A stretch of 64,000 nucleotides of DNA from Fistulifera solaris (taxonomy: Eukaryota), in the NCBI GenBank assembly GCA_030295235.1, contig AP026151.1, positions 496,001 to 560,000 of the forward strand, read 5' to 3'. A program made the translations under genes and the position numbers. Below the pieces are notes generated by a model. It searched no databases. It had not been told where the DNA came from and saw only the letters and a program-made list of their open reading frames with translations. How positions within the stretch are numbered: the stretch's first letter is position 1; every line of letters begins with the position of its first letter. Shown here piece after piece: positions 61,355 through 64,000 of the stretch.

Positions 61355-61932
61355 TTTGCGCGAGGATTTCGTTTAATGGTGGAAGAAGAGCTTGTATTAG
61401 GAGTTTGCGTCGTCTCGAGAATGAAGAATGAAGAAGCTACTTGTCGTGCGATGTCGTGATGATGATGTGGACGATGATGGCGGAGGTTTTCTGTTGTTTG
61501 ACGTACTTGCGTACTTTTCAACGTAACTTTCAGTACCAAGGCGAGAAAGGTAAGATGCGTGAAGAAGAGTGATCGACGGACGAAGGTCTGGTTGTTGCAT
61601 TTACTTTCATTTTAAAAACATTCTGAATTCCAGATTCCTTTTAAAACTCCCCGCCAGAGTGTGGAGCGCACGGTACGGTACCGGTACCAGTACCGGTACC
61701 GGTACTGTAGGTCTAATTCCCGATTGAAGTTCAGACATGACTGAAATTTCATCGACAACGGCGCGTAGACGACTACGTAAAAATCGCGTACGTCACCGCA
61801 TATCTTTCTCCCACGTGAGCGGCCAACGTGCGAACGCAAACGCCGCATCGTCCGGCCCATCGTCGCCCAGCAGCAAACAAACCGTCTCTCTCACCATTGA
61901 TTAGCACGGCAACATACACAAACAAATCAACC

Positions 61933-63285
61933 ATGAGATTCCTTGTCACGGCCGCTCTTCTTGCAGTTGTATCTGCTTTCACAACGCAACAACCTGGCTT
62001 GGCGCACCGCACGCGTCAAGCGACCGTCGTTTATGACGGTAAAGCCAATGGTGAGTTTCGTTTGTTGCGTGTATTAGTAGTAGTAGAGCGCCAAAAGAGA
62101 ATGACCTTTGAGGTGAATTATACACAATATACTGGTAGAGAAATAAATTGAAAAGCAAAGAGATTAGGCAATTTGAAGAGTGAATAAGTGACGACGATGA
62201 AAGCAGATGATGCACATTGACCGTTGCGTGAGGCATTCTCGTTAGAGGGATTGAAGTGCCGTTCCTATTCGCGATCCTTTGGAATCCAAATTCAAATTTC
62301 GAACCTTTTTTCCAGAGCACATCTCTCACACTCTTCATTTCTTTTCTCTTCCAGCTATCCGCGATCGTATCAAGAATGTAAAGAACACGGGAAAGATCAC
62401 CAAGGCCATGAAACTGGTGGCGGCGGCCAAAGTACGACGTGCGCAAGACGCTGTCTTGGCCACCCGTCCTTTCTCGGAGACTCTTCAATCGGTGTTCGGC
62501 GGTTTGATTCAGCGACTTGACGGAGAAGCTGTCGATCTTCCTCTTTGACGCAGCGTGAAGTCAAGAAGGTCACTCTCACCGTCATTACCGGTGATCGTGG
62601 TCTGTGCGGTGGATACAACTCCTTCATGATCAAGAAAGCCGAAGCTCGTTTCGCGCAACTCAAGAAAAGTGGAGTTGATGTCGATATGGTATTGGTGGGA
62701 AACAAAGGTATTAAGTACTTTCAGAGACGCAACTACCCCATCCGAAAGACCTTTCCGACCGGCCAGAACCCCAGCGCCAAGCAGGCCCTGGCTATTTCCG
62801 ATGAGTTGCTAAACACATTCCTTTCGGGTGAAAGTGATGCCGTGGAACTTTTCTACACCAAATTCGAGTCGCTCATTTCGTCCTCGCCCAGTGTGCGTAC
62901 TTTGGTGCCCTTCTCGGCTAGCGATATCACCCAGAAGGCCGACGAAGTCTTCCAGCTTACTTCAGACCACGGTGCCTTTGGTGTCACCCGTGAGGAATTG
63001 GATGTTGCCGCTCCCCAGGAGTTCCCCAACGACATGATCTTCGAGCAAGACCCTCTCCAGATTGTCAACTCCATCCTTCCCCTGTACTTGAACGGCCAGA
63101 TCCTCCGTTGTTTGCAGGAATCCGTCGCCTCTGAGCTGGCGGCCCGTATGCAGTCTATGCAGAGTGCCAGTGACAACGCTTCACAGCTTGCCAAGTCGTT
63201 GACTCTCGAGTACAACCGTGCTCGTCAGGCGGCAGTTACACAAGAGATTTTGGAGATTGTTTCCGGCGCTAGTGCACTTGAGTAA
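61933..63285 (+). CDS. atpC: Chloroplast ATP synthase gamma subunit; intron 62051-62354, frameshift ~62545
   Basis: VSAF presequence; [56 protein letters not shown]. Confidence 0.97.
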
Positions 63286-63340
63286 AAAGTGATGATTAAA
63301 GTATAAGCAAAAAAATCTTATGGTGTATTTTGATGGAACG

Positions 63341-64000
63341 TCATTGTGTCTTGTTGCTGGGTCTCTGTAGATAACGAACGGACTGTGTCGCAAAGTCGAC
63401 CAGATACCCTTCCGCTTCTTGAGTGGAAGTCGAAAGCGCGATTTGGAACGAGTCGGAAGCAAAGCCAGCTGCTTGCGCAAGACCTACTACCGCACTCGGA
63501 AGATAAATAGCATGTCCCACAATCCACAATGTACAATCCTTCGACGACTTTGTCTCTTTCAGATGGTTGTTTATAGCCGTAGTGGTCTCACGGGCATACG
63601 CTCCCAAAAGTTGATGCATCAATTCACGCTCCTGTTGATTTTCGTTTTCCAAATAGTCCCGAAGTGGAGCATAACCAATTTTACGAAAGATTGCACTTCC
63701 ACCTGGTTGAATCGTTCCATCGTAAAGGGATTGAATTGGATGTAGGGAGGCTGCAGGACAAAAGAGTCGGGCCGTTTCCACCGTGCGCGGAGCGGGTGAT
63801 ACGAGCAAAAAGGGATGATGCGGTTCGAGTTCTTTTCCAAAGGATTGACCGGCTTCGATGGCCTGTTGACGACCAATTTCACTGAGCGGACGCTCCCAGT
63901 CATTAATGCAAGGTAACGTCTTGCCGTGTCGAAGAAAGCCGATGCGTCTCACACCCGCCGTGGCATCCTTGAAAGCTGGAATAGGGGCGACCCAATCCTG
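63341..64000 (-). CDS. Histidine phosphatase (PGM/SixA-like) superfamily protein, 5' end possibly outside window
   Basis: LRHGKT, RPLSEIGRQQA, SPAPRTVETA, IVGH. Confidence 0.8.
   Translation of the reverse strand, partial: QDWVAPIPAFKDATAGVRRIGFLRHGKTLPCINDWERPLSEIGRQQAIEAGQSFGKELEPHHPFLLVSPAPRTVETARLFCPAASLHPIQSLYDGTIQPGGSAIFRKIGYAPLRDYLENENQQERELMHQLLGAYARETTTAINNHLKETKSSKDCTLWIVGHAIYLPSAVVGLAQAAGFASDSFQIALSTSTQEAEGYLVDFATQSVRYLQRPSNKTQ

Noticed and set aside
2640..62550. Programmed frameshifting or mass pseudogenisation
   Set aside because: Shifts occur in A, T and G runs with no shared slippery motif, and they hit essential genes; assembly error is the simpler explanation
62880..62960. 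atpC lacks the thioredoxin-regulated Cys pair
   Set aside because: This is the known state of diatom and red-lineage gamma subunits, so it is not novel
1111..63885. Numerous antisense or overlapping ORFs in the six-frame track
   Set aside because: They are shadows of real genes with no recognisable motifs

Overview
Gene-dense eukaryotic nuclear DNA, most likely from a pennate diatom. This is inferred from short GT-AG introns, many bipartite signal-peptide plus 'AF/GF' plastid presequences, a nuclear atpC without the regulatory Cys pair, and plastid-type ArgJ, TerC, thioredoxin and SUMT genes. About 40 protein genes are present, including HAS1/DDX18, NSF, a SulP-STAS-cNMP transporter, UNC-50, RRP40, a RING-H2 protein, a RIOK3-like kinase, TerC, MUB/UBL3, thioredoxin, ArgJ, AMMECR1, an HROB-like protein, PAM18, a mitotic cyclin, SUMT and atpC. 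Many ORFs are broken by apparent 1-nt deletions in homopolymers, probably long-read assembly errors. The most notable items are: (1) a double-guide box C/D snoRNA inside an oversized intron of a small prenylated FN3-like gene; (2) a hAT-type MITE (8-bp TSD) nested in a piggyBac-type MITE (TTAA TSD); (3) a protein built from four copies of an unrecognised Trp/Gly repeat module carrying CDK-consensus sites; (4) a RIOK3-like kinase with tandem UIM-like motifs; (5) a truncated acyl-CoA-synthetase-like mitochondrial protein; and (6) recurrent GTACCGGTAC/TAAGGTTA promoter tracts, including an exact 26-bp repeat. All homology calls come from recalled motifs; no searches were run.
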